64,000 nucleotides of DNA from Octopus bimaculoides (GCF_001194135.2 NC_068989.1:51936986-52000985), one strand, 5' to 3'. Positions 38,950 to 53,460 are shown, counted from the first letter of the stretch. Notes: a model not told the origin generated them from the sequence alone. Numbers and translations: made by a program.

Positions 38950-39620
38950 CACGGTGTACGTCGCTCTCAAGATATGTCTCTGATCTTCCTTAACATATTC
39001 TTATATGTTCCATTAGTTTGCTTTCTATTGTTTTGTAAGTGTTCCATTTATTCGGGTCCTTATCCTAATGTCCTCTACAGTCCCATTACTGTATTTTGAA
39101 GTCATTAGTTATATTTTACTTTCATTTTCCGTACATTTTACACATACCTGAGATGCATATTCAAATCTTATTTCACTGCCGTTGAGCATTATATACGTAT
39201 GATCCAAGATGTTTGAAATCTATTTAAGCGTCTTAACTTTGTATTCTTTCATGACATAATGTGTTGGTTTGACTGATTGAAAACCATAAACTCAGTTTTA
39301 TCATCTTTGAAATGTAATCCGATCAGTCTTGGTGCTTCCATATCTTTTCTCTGTAGATGATGTGCTTCATTGATAATATTTGAAGTAAGAGTTATATAAT
39401 CTGCATCAAATCGTTCGAACTAATAGCTGCAAAAAGATAGCTTCCTTTTTCATAAACCATTTCGAAACCTGTTTCTTGTTTATTTTAATGTCATAATTCT
39501 TAATGTGCAGCAACAATCGATGTAGAGAATGCTGATTGCACCTGCAGCGTTACCAAAGATACCGTATACCTTCATACACCGAATCTGCTAAGGAATACGA
39601 ATGATATAACGGCATATAGG
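38950..39620 (-). mobile_element. RTE-clade LINE RT fragment, decayed
   Basis: Minus-strand remnants FDADYITLTSN (RT5-like), GLHFKDDKTEFMVFNQ, DFKHLGSY. Confidence 0.7.
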
Positions 39621-40800
39621 TTTTGATTTTGATACGTTTGTATTCCTATAATTTGTAGAGGTATTGAGCATTCTGAACAAAACAATACATCAGTTACATT
39701 TACTTTATTCCAGAGGAAGTGCTTTATAAGTGGGTAATCTTTTAAACAAACAATTCACTGTTTGCAAATTTCGTCCCGTTTATACACTTTACTCCGGAGA
39801 TAGACACACCTAGAATGTCATTATTAATTCTTAAAATTTTCTTTCCTGAACAATAACTTTGTTCGAGAAGGAATCCAGTCTTGTTGTATTTTCAGGTTGT
39901 TACTCTCTATCTCACACGTTCTCATCTTGGCTCTTTGCTCTCACTTCTCACTCTCACACTTCCTTTCTCTCTTTCTCTCTCTCTCTCTCTCTGTATATAT
40001 ATATANNNNNNNNNNNNNNNNNNNNNNNNNNNNNNNNNNNNNNNNNNNNNNNNNNNNNNNNNNNNNNNNNNNNNNNNNNNATATGACAAGATCTAAATAA
40101 TGGTCATTACATATTTTTCTAAGTTACAGTAAATTTGACTTACAATTGTTTCCAGTAGTCGTTAAAGGCACGCTGATAGGTTTACTTACTGCTCTATCGA
40201 TCAGGTGAGAAAATTTGAACGACATAAAAAAAATGTAAACCTGCTTTCGTCAGAGCCATTTTTGGTAATAGCAAAGCAAAGCAGAACACTGAAGGAATAT
40301 ACGTGTATGGAGAAGAGAAGAAAAGAGAGCTAATAGCACGTAGAATAAAGAAAAGCAGAAGACACTTCGCAATAAGGTGAACAGAAAGAACAAAAGAGCA
40401 GGAGAAGGGCTTACTTAATAGAAGGAGAGGGATGGCGTGGTCAAAATTTTGGAAAAGGACAGTCATAAAACTTTAGTGTTTGTAGTCTGATCAACACATA
40501 CGAAAATATTTGATTTGCTTTTAGATTAGGTACACTCCAAATATGTTGAAATTTGATATGCGCCATTTACACACATGGCCAAATTAAGTCCTTCATATAT
40601 GGACGTTGATGCTATCAGGTATAGTAGGGGAATACATACTAACATACATATATGTGTGCGTGTATGTGTTCGCGTGTGTAATGTAAGTACATTTCACAAC
40701 AATACACACATACACACAAACACACATATATACATATATATGTACATATGTGTAAGTGTGTATGTACTGTAAGTATATTTCACAACCATACACAGCTACG

Positions 40801-40838
<38 letters not shown>

Positions 40839-41753
40839 NNNNNNNNNNNNNNNNNNNNNNNNNNNNNNNNNNNNNNNNNNNNNNNNNNNNNNNNNNNNNN
40901 NNNNNNNNNNNNNNNNNNNNNNNNNNNNNNNNNNNNNNNNNNNNNNNNNNNNNNNNNNNNNNNNNNNNNNNNNNNNNNNNNNNNNNNNNNNNNNNNNNNN
41001 NNNNNNNNNNNNNNNNNNNNNNNNNNNNNNNNNNNNNNNNNNNNNNNNNNNNNNNNNNNNNNNNNNNNNNNNNNNNNNNNNNNNNNNNNNNNNNNNNNNN
41101 NNNNNNNNNNNNNNNNNNNNNNNNNNNNNNNNNNNNNNNNNNNNNNNNNNNNNNNNNNNNNNNNNNNNNNNNNNNNNNNNNNNNNNNNNNNNNNNNNNNN
41201 NNNNNNNNNNNNNNNNNNNNNNNNNNNNNNNNNNNNNNNNNNNNNNNNNNNNNNNNNNNNNNNNNNNNNNNNNNNNNNNNNNNNNNNNNNNNNNNNNNNN
41301 NNNNNNNNNNNNNNNNNNNNNNNNNNNNNNNNNNNNNNNNNNNNNNNNNNNNNNNNNNNNNNNNNNNNNNNNNNNNNNNNNNNNNNNNNNNNNNNNNNNN
41401 NNNNNNNNNNNNNNNNNNNNNNNNNNNNNNNNNNNNNNNNNNNNNNAATATAAAGAAAACAAAAGATGTCTTCCTGTTTTTTCTTTTGCTTTTAGTTCTT
41501 TCCTTTTATATTCTTTGTCCTTTCTTTTTATATGCTTTGGGTCCTATTTAGAATATATTCCTGTCATACATTTATTTATTTATTTATTTTTTGTAAGGTT
41601 TAGTTCTGCATGTGAGTATATTAATATAATACTTGTAAATTTTAAAAATCGAATTAGTAAAATCAATTAGTAAAAATAACTATATATATCATATCACACA
41701 TATATACACATATATACATACACAACGTATTCCTTGTTTTTCTTTTTTCTCTT

Positions 41754-42370
41754 TCAAACATTTAACTTTGGGGAAAAAGTTTTTATGAAGAGTAGTTCCA
41801 TTGCCTTTCAGTATTGTGGATCGTCCCGTGTACATTTATAAAAGGGAAAGATTTTGAACTTTCCGTCTCCGCATATTTCCAGATGTTTACTTAATGGAAT
41901 CATTCTTAGTTCTTCTTGTCGGATATGTTGCCTGTGAATTATTGCACGTTGACAGAGTGCGTTATTCGTTTCGCCAATGTAATTTTCTTTACAGTTTGGA
42001 CAGGCGATGCAGTATATGAGATTTTGTGTTTTGCAGTTCATATCTGCATTTATTTTAAAAATAGATCCGTTCTTGAATTTTATGTGGGAACCACTTTCTA
42101 TGTATTTGTAGTTGTTGGTATTGTTACACGTTCCACATCTCCTATCACCACATTCTTTTACTATGAATTCTGGTTTAGTCTCTGATCTGAATTCTGCCCT
42201 TGTCAGGTGTTTTTTAAGGTTTTTTGGTTGGCGTCTGCTATTCCGTAAGGTGTTTTTTTCAATCAGAGTTTTCATCTTAGGGCTTTGAAGGAGTATAGGC
42301 AGGTTCGATTTTATGACGTGGAATATGTTAGTTATTTTATTGACAGAATTAAACAAACAATGGCTTGAAA
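41754..42370 (-). mobile_element. 3' fragment of a Penelope-like element (Cys-rich linker plus GIY-YIG), Neptune-like
   Basis: ORF 41808..42422: RQPKNLKKHLTRA, CGDRRCGTC, NCKTQNLIYCIACPNCKENYIGET..L.QR..IHRQHI. A frameshifted tail LLFIKTFSPKLNV* ends at 41754. Confidence 0.92.
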
Positions 42371-43114
42371 CGGCGTTCAACCTGCGACACCCCACATAGT
42401 TGCATACCAATCTACATACCAACGACTACATATACATGTAGATAAAACGAGGCAGTAGTTTTTCCTTCCCTTAGTTTTATTGTCCTTGAGAGAACACGGT
42501 TCTCGATGCATTTTCGCTGAAATGTGATGGAATTAACGTTCCCCACACTCAGTTATTTCTTTTCTTCTATATTATATCCTTTCCTCCCTAGCACGAATGT
42601 CTCATAAAGCATACATATGCTTTCACATGATCTAAGATATCTGTTAATATTATTAAGTCAGAAAAGTATCTCCTTCATTCTAATGTTTGTATTTTGATGT
42701 AATAGATAGGAGGAGATATTTGGAAAAACAGTATAGTATATAGGTCAAGTGCAACAGGTATTAGTACACAGTCACAAAAACTGAAAACGATTTTTGATAT
42801 TATTTCAAAATATTAAAATCATATACATAAGTAAAAAATTCGATTGAAAATGGTCCTACAATTCCTGTCTTCCAAAGGCAGGGGAAATGCCAAATTATAT
42901 CTTTCAATACGCTAGCTTAATTATTTCTTAACTATCAAACACTTGTCAACGGTGATTGTTATATTGAAAAGAAAAAAAAAAACGCATCGTGCAATTATCA
43001 CAGTTGTCAGTTATAAATAATTAGGAATCTATTCTGCGATAATTGCTTATCGTCAGTCAATTCATTCCTGATCAAGAATCTATAGAGACACACACACACA
43101 CACACACGCACACA

Positions 43115-43201
<87 letters not shown>

Positions 43202-43394
43202 GTGTTTGAAGATATATACATGTACATAAATGTGTATCTCTGTATGTGTATATGTGTATGTATAAATGAATACACACATAAATACATGCATATATGCATG
43301 CATACGTACATACATACATCCATACATATATATATATATATTCAAAATCGGTACAAGTACGTAACGGATGAGATGGAGGTTATAAAAACGGATA

Positions 43395-43950
43395 GGAAAA
43401 CTAGGACGGAACATCCGTGTCTCTCTATTTATCAGTCAGGCTTACAATCAACATTACAGTTTCGGCCGGTTACACTTGCGACTGTTCAAAATTGGTAGGC
43501 TCCAAAAATCTAAGCTAAGAGTATAAAAATTTGGGAAGAAAGTGAGCGAAACTGTGCGACAACACGGACAAAAAAATGAGAAAACAGAAAATGTTACACG
43601 ATTAGAAACACAAACAAGAAGGCGGTGAGCTGGCAGAAACGTTAGCACACCGGGCGAAACGCTTAGTGTTATTTCGTCTGCTGCTACGTTCTGACTTCAA
43701 ATTCCACCGAGGTTGACTTTGCTTTACATCCTTTCGGAGTCGATTAAATAAGTACCAGGTACGCACTGGGGTCGATATAATCGACTGAATCCGTTTGTCT
43801 GTCCTTGTTTTTCCCTTCTCTGTGTACCCTTTGTGGGCAGTAAAGAAACACAAACAAGAAGAATAACAACAGGTTTCTTTCGACTAAAAGGACAAGTTAC
43901 GTTAAGATGACGTGTGAAGAGGAAGCCTTGTGGCAACAAACATAATTGAT
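43395..43950. repeat. Unnamed interspersed repeat, copy 2, interrupted by a SINE
   Basis: Colinear with 32230-32545 once 43622-43861 is removed. Confidence 0.65.
43621..43850 (+). mobile_element. Full-length tRNA-derived SINE (family A) with an 18-bp target-site duplication
   Basis: A-box TGGCAGAAACGTTAG, B-box-like GACTTCAAATTCC, core CATCCTTTCGGAGTCGATTAAATAAGTACCAG. TSD AGAAACACAAACAAGAAG at 43604-43621 and 43844-43861. Confidence 0.95.
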
Positions 43951-46305
43951 TATCATTAGCATTCGGTATCATTAAGTTCTGAACCACATTAGGCTTAAAT
44001 AATCAGGTATGATAAATTACACAAGACTTCAACATATTATTCATATCGTTTGGAGGGCTGCAATTATCCATTATTTTAACTATACACAATTAATGCAAAT
44101 ATGTAACTGATCACGCATAACTATTTAAGCGTATTATCGTTTTGAAGTGGAAAGCCAATGAAACAATTGCAACCGGTGTGAAACTTATGTTGGTCATAAT
44201 TACTCATTATGCAGAGATATAGAACCAAAGCTTAAACACATATCTATGAATGCACACACACACACACGCGCACGCACGCACACGCACACACGCACACACA
44301 CACACAAACATATAATATTTCGGTACTGTAAATGTGTAAACTGTAACTGATATGAAGTTACGAAGTGGAATATCTAGGATGTAGGCAAATATGTGATATA
44401 ATTTTCTCACACAACTTTATTAATATTCATAATCTGTTTTGTTTACTTTTCGCTAATTCTATACATTATTCCCTTCTCAATATTCGGCTGCAACATTCGG
44501 CGAACCAAATATCTTTCATGCATTAGCTTCGATATGCCATTAATTTCATGTTGTGTATCTCCGCTAACAACGTGTATGTAGTTGTTATGACATGTCTTAG
44601 TGTGCAAACGTCTCTACAGTATATCATCTGATATATCGTTCATTTTATCTTAAGGACTCTGACCAGGGCTGCATCCGGTCTACTGGCAACAGCAATAGAG
44701 ATTTGAGAAATGTTTTTCATGAATGTCACCATTGTACTTAGGTTTACGGTTTTAGATTAATTCAGCTTTTTTGAAAAAGTTTGTGTTCAGCTCGCTTCTC
44801 ATCAATTCAAACTTGAACCTTAGTATTCAGAGCTCATGTTACAGCTCTGAATACAAAATTATACAAAAAAAAAAAAAACTACTTATATATCCCATAAATC
44901 AAAAAGAAATATTAAACAGTATTATTGGAAAAAACTCAACCCTAATCTAGTCGAAGTTTTGGTTTTAACACAGATGATAAACTTATTACTATTAACTTAG
45001 TGTTAAATAAGGTATCGGCTAACATTGAATATCAATTGAATTAATATAGAAATACATATTTTTTGAAACAACAATAAAAAATAATTTAACAATATTAATA
45101 AAGATAGAAGCAATACTTATCTCACGATGCGATAGTTTAAACTAAAAATTTTAGACGTCAAACTCAGAAATAGAACGTTTATTAAAAAGAAGTTGCATGA
45201 AGATATTCCGTAAAGAAAAAGAATAGAATAAAGAGATATAAAAACATGAATGAAAGTTTTCTTTATATAATCATAAAAATACAAGAATATAAATATAAAA
45301 AATAAAGTGTAAGGAAACCAGAACAGAGTCCATTTAGGTCCATCTCTACGATCGTTTCAAAGGATGCTGCGTGACATCGTTAATGTATAATCCATTAAGG
45401 AAATCCAACGGCAACTACTTTTCATTAGGAGAAACCTTTACCTTTCTGGTTACCCTTTTAGGTTTCATCACCTTTAATTCGGTTGTTTTGATGGATTGGA
45501 ATGTTTATTCATTATACATAAGTTCTGATAAAATGGATATATATGGATATTTTAAAAACAGAATCCCACGTTTCATATATATAAGGAAAATAAGGAAAAG
45601 AAAATGGAGATTGGGAAGTTAATACTTGTTTATTATTAACAACAAATCAAACAGAATCCCTTACATCTGTTTCAATTAATATTCAGTGAATTTGTTGAAT
45701 ATTAAATTCATATAACTTGCGAATAATATCTTCAGGAAGAAACATATACCTTTCGATGTTATGTTTTGTATGTGTTAATGTAATTAAAGCAAACTGAATA
45801 ATATTTATGATTTGTATTTTTATATGTTCGGGCAAGGGGTTTGCAGGTTGATTGGAGGCAAGAGAGAAAGTAGATAAATAGAATTAGAGTAATAGATGAG
45901 TAAATTAAATAAACATAATAGAGGAAATTTAAATACACAAAGGGTAAGAATGCAATAAACGTTTATAAGGTATAAATAAACTTAAGAAAAGGTGTACACA
46001 TGCAAGTACGCACGCATACACATATATACATATGTGCATCCATACGTCCATACATTTACACAAAGACACTCGCATATACGTATACATACATCCACACATA
46101 TCTGCGCATATACGTATATACGCATATATGCACATATAAAACTATGCTCGAAAACATTTGTAGGTATGCAAATTCACACATACATATATATGTACATGTG
46201 TGTGTGTGTGTGTGTGTGCATATATATATACGTTTACACTTTTACCCATCACCCCTAAGAAGAATTGAAATATAGTGCTATGTTATATGTATGTATATAT
46301 ATGTA

Positions 46306-46342
<37 letters not shown>

Positions 46343-46352
46343 NNNNNNNNNN

Positions 46353-46665
46353 TTACGTTTCGACTCTCTTCGACAGAACGGAACACAGAAATAAACAAAG
46401 AGAGAAAATAGATAAAGGTTTAGTGGCTAGCGATTTATTATATATAAATATATATATACACACACATATAGTGAGAATTTACAAAAGACAAAAGACGAAG
46501 ACGCGTGTGTGAACAGCAAACAGATGTTTTAGTTTAACGCTCTGGTGGTGAGAAAGTCTTTTACGTTTCGACTCTCTTCGACAGAACGGAACACAGAAAT
46601 AAACAAAGAGAGAAAATAGATAAAGGTTTAGTGGCTAGCGATTTATTATATATAAATATATATAC
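46353..46665 (-). repeat. Partial tandem repeat with 208-bp period (about 105 bp identical: 46353-46457, 46561-46665); pLTR-like
   Basis: Identical text TTACGTTTCGACTCTCTTCGACAGAACGG...ATATATA twice. Each copy carries a hammerhead-like motif on the minus strand. Confidence 0.85.
46559..46586 (-). ncRNA. Variant hammerhead-like motif (also at 46353-46378)
   Basis: Minus strand TT CTGTCGA A GAGAGTC GAAA CG TA AA: A6 replaced by U, collapsed helix II, palindromic ACGT, GUA triplet. Confidence 0.35.
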
Positions 46666-48846
46666 TTATGTATGTTAACATATACAAATATGCAAGTATA
46701 CATACAAGTGTGCGCGTATGTATTTGTCAATGTTCATTTATGCATACACACCCACATATATATCAAGATAGAGAAGGAAATGCAAAAGTATAGAGAGCAG
46801 CACATATGATTGATTCTTCAACTTGCATTCTATTTATACGCAAAATATCTATTATGTACATATCTATTTTGATATGTGTATATGCTTATACCTACGTGGA
46901 TATAATTGTTGACGTCATATTTTCATGCATAAAGGAAATATATACTTAATGATATATATATATATATATATATATACACCATGATGCGTAGCATGTGGAC
47001 CATTCATAGCTTATACCATGAATGAATTCGATTCCTCTTCTTCATCTTATTTTCCTTTAGGCAAGAATTTTTGTTAGAAAGAGCTGTTTCGTATATTTAT
47101 TATTTGATTTGTAAATGGCATGAGGATAACTAATGGAAACATGAAATCTTACAACACCAACATTTTCATGGCGTTATATGCAAGGAAAACAAAATGAAAG
47201 CCACTGGTGCTAGAATTATTCGCTGAATGTCCAATAAATAGAATACGTTTACATGCTGTCAGAATATAGGAAATGTGTGCAACTAATAAGCATATCGCCT
47301 ATATTATTCGGTATCAGGAACGTGAGTTTATTCTGCGTTTTTGCTACATTCAATACAATAATACTGAGACGCTTTCGAGGAAGTAAACTATCAGCTTTAA
47401 TTTGATTTAGAGTTTCAAGTTTGATTATAATCATATGAATATACATGTGTGAGAGTGTGCTCATGTGTTATTCTGCAAGTGATCATATAAACGTTTAGAT
47501 ATATGAGCAAACATTTCTTTAAATCATACACAGTAAGGCCTGTAATAACAATATCGTACAGTACGTACTATAGACCTAAAATATTCTCAACACAATGGAA
47601 CGATGTGTCTGGAGTAGATTTCATTATATATATATGATCAATATATATATGAGTAAAAGTATAAAAGAAACAGCAAAGACATTAAAGAAAAACAAAAATT
47701 GCCGAACACTGATATGTTTAAAAAAATTCTTAAATACAGTATGTATTTTCGGTGAGATCTAAATCATAATTGCGAATGCCGAGCCACAGTAATACAGAAA
47801 TCTAATTCTTGAAATAGGTAAAGAAAAACATATTTATTTGATTGATTTACTGTATATGTTTTAACAATCAGTGCTAGTATTCATAAGTCGGTTGTAAAGC
47901 ATATTTTGAAACGAAAGATATTGAATATAGAATATATTATGATATGCTTATCGTGCATTATTGGCAGAGTCTAAAGTATGTTGAACTTACCGTGTGGTCA
48001 GTAATCTATTCGTACGAAACACTAGAAACATTTATCAATATCACTTATACGCTTTTCGTTCAACTCATCTAATTAAATTGAGAAAGCATAAATCTTATTC
48101 CATCTCATTTTACTTCCTACAGAAAATTAAAGCCTTAAGACGATGTTTAAAGAAAGCGAGATTGCTTAGACATATAGTCGATGTTTTCTTGGAGCAAATA
48201 TATGCTTATTTGATTGGATGTTCTCTCGTGAAGCTCTACCTTTTACTTAATACACAAAAGTAATATAATGAATGCAAAGTTCTAAACAGCATAATTAAAT
48301 ACATGAGATAAATATTGCAATGCATACATATAAATATATATATCTTTGTGTATGTATATATACACACACACATACACACACGCACTTACTCACACACACA
48401 CATATATATACATATATAAATAGTTAGATAGATAGATAAATAGATACATACATACATGCATAGAGATAAACAGATACATTCATACATACATAGAGATACA
48501 TAGATAGATAGATACATAGATAGATAGCAGTACATATATAATGGTAGAATATATGACATCTATATATAGTTATCAAATTACACTTAATATATGTACACAT
48601 ACACGCATATACACACACACGCACACACACACATATATATGCCTGCGTGCGTATGTGTATGTGTGCGTGTATAAGTACATAAAGTGCAATTTATTATATA
48701 CACTTTCGTATTTACTTCAGTGTAATCAGTATTGTTTATTTCTGATTGTGTGAAGTTTGCCTTTCAAAATATGAGATGTCGAATTTGTGTATAGAGCCCC
48801 ACGAGCATAACTAATTAGCTAGGTTGCTTGAGACAGAAACTCATCA

Positions 48847-48886
<40 letters not shown>

Positions 48887-51800
48887 CACAAGTGCAGAGA
48901 TATACACATGGCTATGTGTGAAAGAAACGTCCTGTAATAAACTAAAGCCTTTAGCGGTAATAGGGTATTATATTAATTTAAATACATTCCTTCAATATAT
49001 TCTATGGGAAATATTATTTAGGAAATCTTCCTTCATTTTGTTGGAAAATAGTATGAAGGAAGATTTCCTAAAAACCATTTCACAATTTAGTGACGATTCG
49101 TAATTGCTTCCTTAAGCAGTAACATATTTCATAATCAGATTCCCTATTATGAAGTTAAAAGTTACATTAGGACTGCATAAGTAAATTTAACTTTGCACTC
49201 TGTGCTTTAGACACCTCGTTATATATTTTATGTACAACAAAGCATATATGAGGAGAAAAATCTACATAGATTTGATATATAAGTCAAAGAGTAGAAGTAT
49301 ATTCTACGCTTGCTGTCTTTGGATTAAAGTCAAGGAGATAGTTGGTAGATCTGCTACGGTCAAAGAACCTCTGGACGCATAAATGGCTGCGCGACCAGTA
49401 GCAAACATTCTTCTTTGATAGAGTAAGCAAGTTTAAGGACTGTTAAAAGAATGCATAGAAAAGTAAGAAGACTTGGTCGACAAATAATGTAACTGTTCAA
49501 CTTCTGCTTTTCTTGTAATAATTTACAACAACATGAGTACGTATAATGTTATACTTACCCTTGTATAACAACCACATGTAAATATATATATGCACTAAAG
49601 AATGATTTAGAACAGAAACAAGCCAAAAATGTGCAATTTTATTGTCTTTTCAAAAATTGTTTCCCATGATGCCACGTGGTCAACAGAATATTAACAGTGG
49701 AGTCTGTTAAATCTATTTTGGCACTTGAATGTTTTATATATTTATTTGAAAGACAGATGTATATTCATGAGAATGAAGTATTCCGGATATGAAAGGGTTC
49801 TCTAATACAGCACCAGCTATCATATTCGGTTTTCAGAGATCAGATTGGTAGACTGTTTAGAGATTTTGCTAAAATATATAGTATTTCTTTCGGAATTTTG
49901 TTCTCTGGGTTCAAATAATGCCGCAGTCAAGTTTAACTATATTATTCCAAGGTCAAAATAATAAAATGCCTAGGAAGATATGTTAACTCAACTAAGTTCA
50001 TTGCCTAACATTTCTGGTATTGTGTCTATGTTAGAAAAATTATAAATATGTTAATCTCGAGCATTTTGTACATTTTCACCAGAGTCACTCACTTTGACAG
50101 ATATGAGTCTCCTAAATGATACATCATGGAGTTGACTTCATTCGTGTTTCAACTCAAAACTACTAAAAAAATGTAGTTACTGGGTGAAGATTACTTCGCC
50201 GTTGTGAGTAAGAATAATAGAATCAACCCTGCTCCATATGCTTTGAACTTCAAATGTAAAATCATTTAATAGGGCGCTCTGTCGATTCAGATATTTTAAA
50301 CATAGTTACACAACCATTTTCTTTTTGTCGGTTATAAACGTTCAACGCTACTTATACCTTTAGCGTTAAGAATAAAATTGAAATAAGACACACGTGGATT
50401 GAACTCAGATCATGTTATAGAATGAGTTAACTAAAATTCCAGAAACTATAGTGCTTACGTATCTATCATTTTTGGCATTCTTCGGCAAAATGTAACAATA
50501 CGAATGGAAGATAGTTTATTCATTTCTTTTTTTTATATATAGAAATGTATCATAATAATTTCTGAATTACTGCTTTATTTCTTGTCTATAAATTAAAAGA
50601 ACACAAATAACTACAAGCAAAGGTTATACATAGTAAATTTAAAATCTTTTGAATAATTTAGCATTTGAACTGAAGATTTAGCTCAAGCAAGTTCACGCAA
50701 TAATTATAATTCCTACAGATATTTATGGACGTTGAACTTTTGACGTTCCCATCCGTTGTATTGAATACATTTCAGTTAGGATGGACCTGAACTAGATCCA
50801 AATTTGTCTCGTTTAATTTCATTTAACGGAGGTCGATCTGATGCAGAATTAAGAACTCTAAAATAGATAATAATTATTGATAATAACATAAGAGCCAATA
50901 GTCCTGCTAATTCAGTGTACAGTGTATTTTAACGTGCCACATTCTTGCTATTGGATGAATGAAATAAACGCCAGAACCAGTAGGGTCTTGTTAAAAGAGA
51001 ATAGATTTGATAAGATTTATTAATATAGATTCAATGGAGGTGAAAGATGTTGCTTTAGTGAATTTACATTTAATGTTTTAGCTGATTTGAATAATGTGAA
51101 TTATTTCTTTCATGGGCGAAATATTCACTTTCTAATACAATTATGACTTTAAAGAAAACATTCAAATTATGGTTAATCATCTTTAGCTCATTTGAATATT
51201 CTAGAATATATAATTGCACATTTAAGGAGGTTTCTTTGGAAAAGATATCCATGCTTATCTCCTGCCTAATCAATTGATCCAAGTTCAAATTTTGCAAGAA
51301 ACCAAATTATCATGCTGTGGTACATTAAACATTCCTTGGAAACTTCATGTTTCTAATAGTAATAACTGTTATGCCGTATAAGTTAATTCTGTTCCTTTTT
51401 GCAGTTATGTAAATAGAATACTTTCAGTTTATTCATTTACCTATGAACTGAAAGTTACAAGAACTCTCATGATAATCTTTAAGTAATAATAAACGTTAGG
51501 AAAATTGCTGAGAAGCTAGAACGAACTGATTTCGTTTAATGTCTAACTGAACATTTTATCGACTCTTAACAACTATTTATATCCCGGCTCTCAATGCAAG
51601 ACTTGACAGATGGCAACCATTAAACGTCACTCAAATTAACTCTAATCAAATGTAACTGTTTAAAATCAGTTCCAGTCTAGTGCTTACTCCGCTGGTGGTG
51701 TGCGATAAACAGAAAGCTACTAGCTAGAATACGAAATATTCACAATTTACAACAAATGAGAATAATATTAATCATTATTAATGAAATTCACCATAAATGA

Positions 51801-52008
51801 TTTCGTTTCACTTGCAGCGGCATGCTTCTATCTCAAACCCATTAAATATAAGTTATTACTGTTTTAAAATTTAGTATCAAAAGACTGATTATTTAACAGT
51901 AACAACGACAGATATTGGGTAAATGTAATACAAGATATAAGAATTATAACACATGTAGCAACATAACGGGATACAAACAATGAGGAAACAACTAAAATAC
52001 TAAAATAT

Positions 52009-52048
<40 letters not shown>

Positions 52049-52094
52049 TAGATAGATAGATAGATAGTGGGATGCTCTTAGTATTTGGGTGTTT

Positions 52095-52130
<36 letters not shown>

Positions 52131-52133
52131 GGT

Positions 52134-52176
<43 letters not shown>

Positions 52177-52632
52177 AGTGTGTATGTGTCTGAGTGCTAC
52201 CAGATAAATGTGAACCACTTCAAACAGTTAGATAGATAAATAATCCTTAACTAAACTGGCAGTTCCAAGGAGAACACTTCGTCATGAAGCTCATTTAGGG
52301 TACTCGTTACGTTGAAAACAATAATATTCAAACTGCGTATTAAATCCGACGAGTCAATGACGACCAAATAAAAAATGACATGATGAGTGTATTTGTGTGA
52401 ATGTTTTACAGTCAGTGTTATGTTCGCATTTCATTCAAATAAAGCCGGAGCGAAATAAGTATTGTTGGTTCGAAAAGATAGAGCAGTGCCCGTGTCGGCA
52501 AAAATGCCGACATTTTGATTGATGATTGATGGCAAATCAAGTGAATAAAGAAAATGGCCAGCAATCTAGGAAATATATGTCCATATAAAGAATTGAAGCA
52601 CTTGAAGAATCAGATAGCATTGAAACAGATAG

Positions 52633-52696
<64 letters not shown>

Positions 52697-52972
52697 GACG
52701 AGAGTTCCAGTTGATCCGATCAACGGAACAGCTTGCTCGTGAAATTAACGTGCAAGTGGCTGAACACTCCACAGACATGTGTACCCTTAACGTAGTTCTC
52801 AACGATATTCAGCGTGACATAGAGTGTGACAATGCTGACACTTTGAATTACAGGCACAGCAGAAAGAGAAAGTAAGAGTGAGAGATAGTTGTGGTGAAAG
52901 AGTACGGCAGGGTTCGCCACCATCCCCTGCCGGAGCCTCGTGGTCCTTCAGGTGTTTTCGCTCAATAAACAA
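52697..52972 (+). mobile_element. 3' portion of an abundant SINE-like interspersed repeat
   Basis: GTTCCAGTTGATCCGATCAACGGAACAGC..GAAATTAACGTGCAAGTGGCTGA..CCTTAACGTAGTTCTC, ending in AATAAAC. Recognised from memory as an octopus repeat, not verified. Confidence 0.6.
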
Positions 52973-52989
52973 GTGAAAAGCACTTATGT

Positions 52990-53200
52990 ACTATGGGACA
53001 TTGGTGGAAAGCTAATCAAGAGCTGAGAAGTGACCAACTACTATATATGCTAAAGCATGGCCATACTGGAGCAGGTCGTCCGAACACAAGGCATGTAGAC
53101 ACTTGATGCCTCTCAGAAAACCTCCCTCAATGCACAACAGAAATTGCAGGGTAAAAATGTCCGGGCGAGTTCGATCAGATGATGAAATACTTTGGACCAA
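52990..53200 (+). mobile_element. RTE-clade LINE 3' end fragment
   Basis: SDQLLYMLKHGHTGAGRP.T..VD resembles the RTE C-terminal HG....GRP motif. Confidence 0.45.
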
Positions 53201-53460
53201 CAAAAAATTCCACATCCAGTTAATGATAAACATTTAGTATACACAGAATTTGAAAAATAGTTTCATACTGTAGAGATTCAAGTGTTTGACAAATATATAA
53301 AATATCATGCGTCTCCAAGAAAATCTTTGACGTTCAGTGAAAACTATTAGATATATTTAAAAACTAGGACTCTAGTCTATGATAAAAATTGACAGAACAT
53401 TACTTTCTTTGTATACTGGCCAAATGATAAAAAATGGTCTGCGTTTTGAATATATATATC

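Noticed and set aside
42480-42530. Hairpin GAGAAC-ACG-GTTCTC upstream of the Neptune-like PLE as a possible ribozyme
   Set aside because: Neither CUGANGA nor GAAA is present.
52493-52512. 8-bp hairpin TGTCGGCA-AAAA-TGCCGACA as a Helitron 3' end or terminator
   Set aside because: No CTRR follows; intrinsic terminators are not meaningful in this eukaryotic context.
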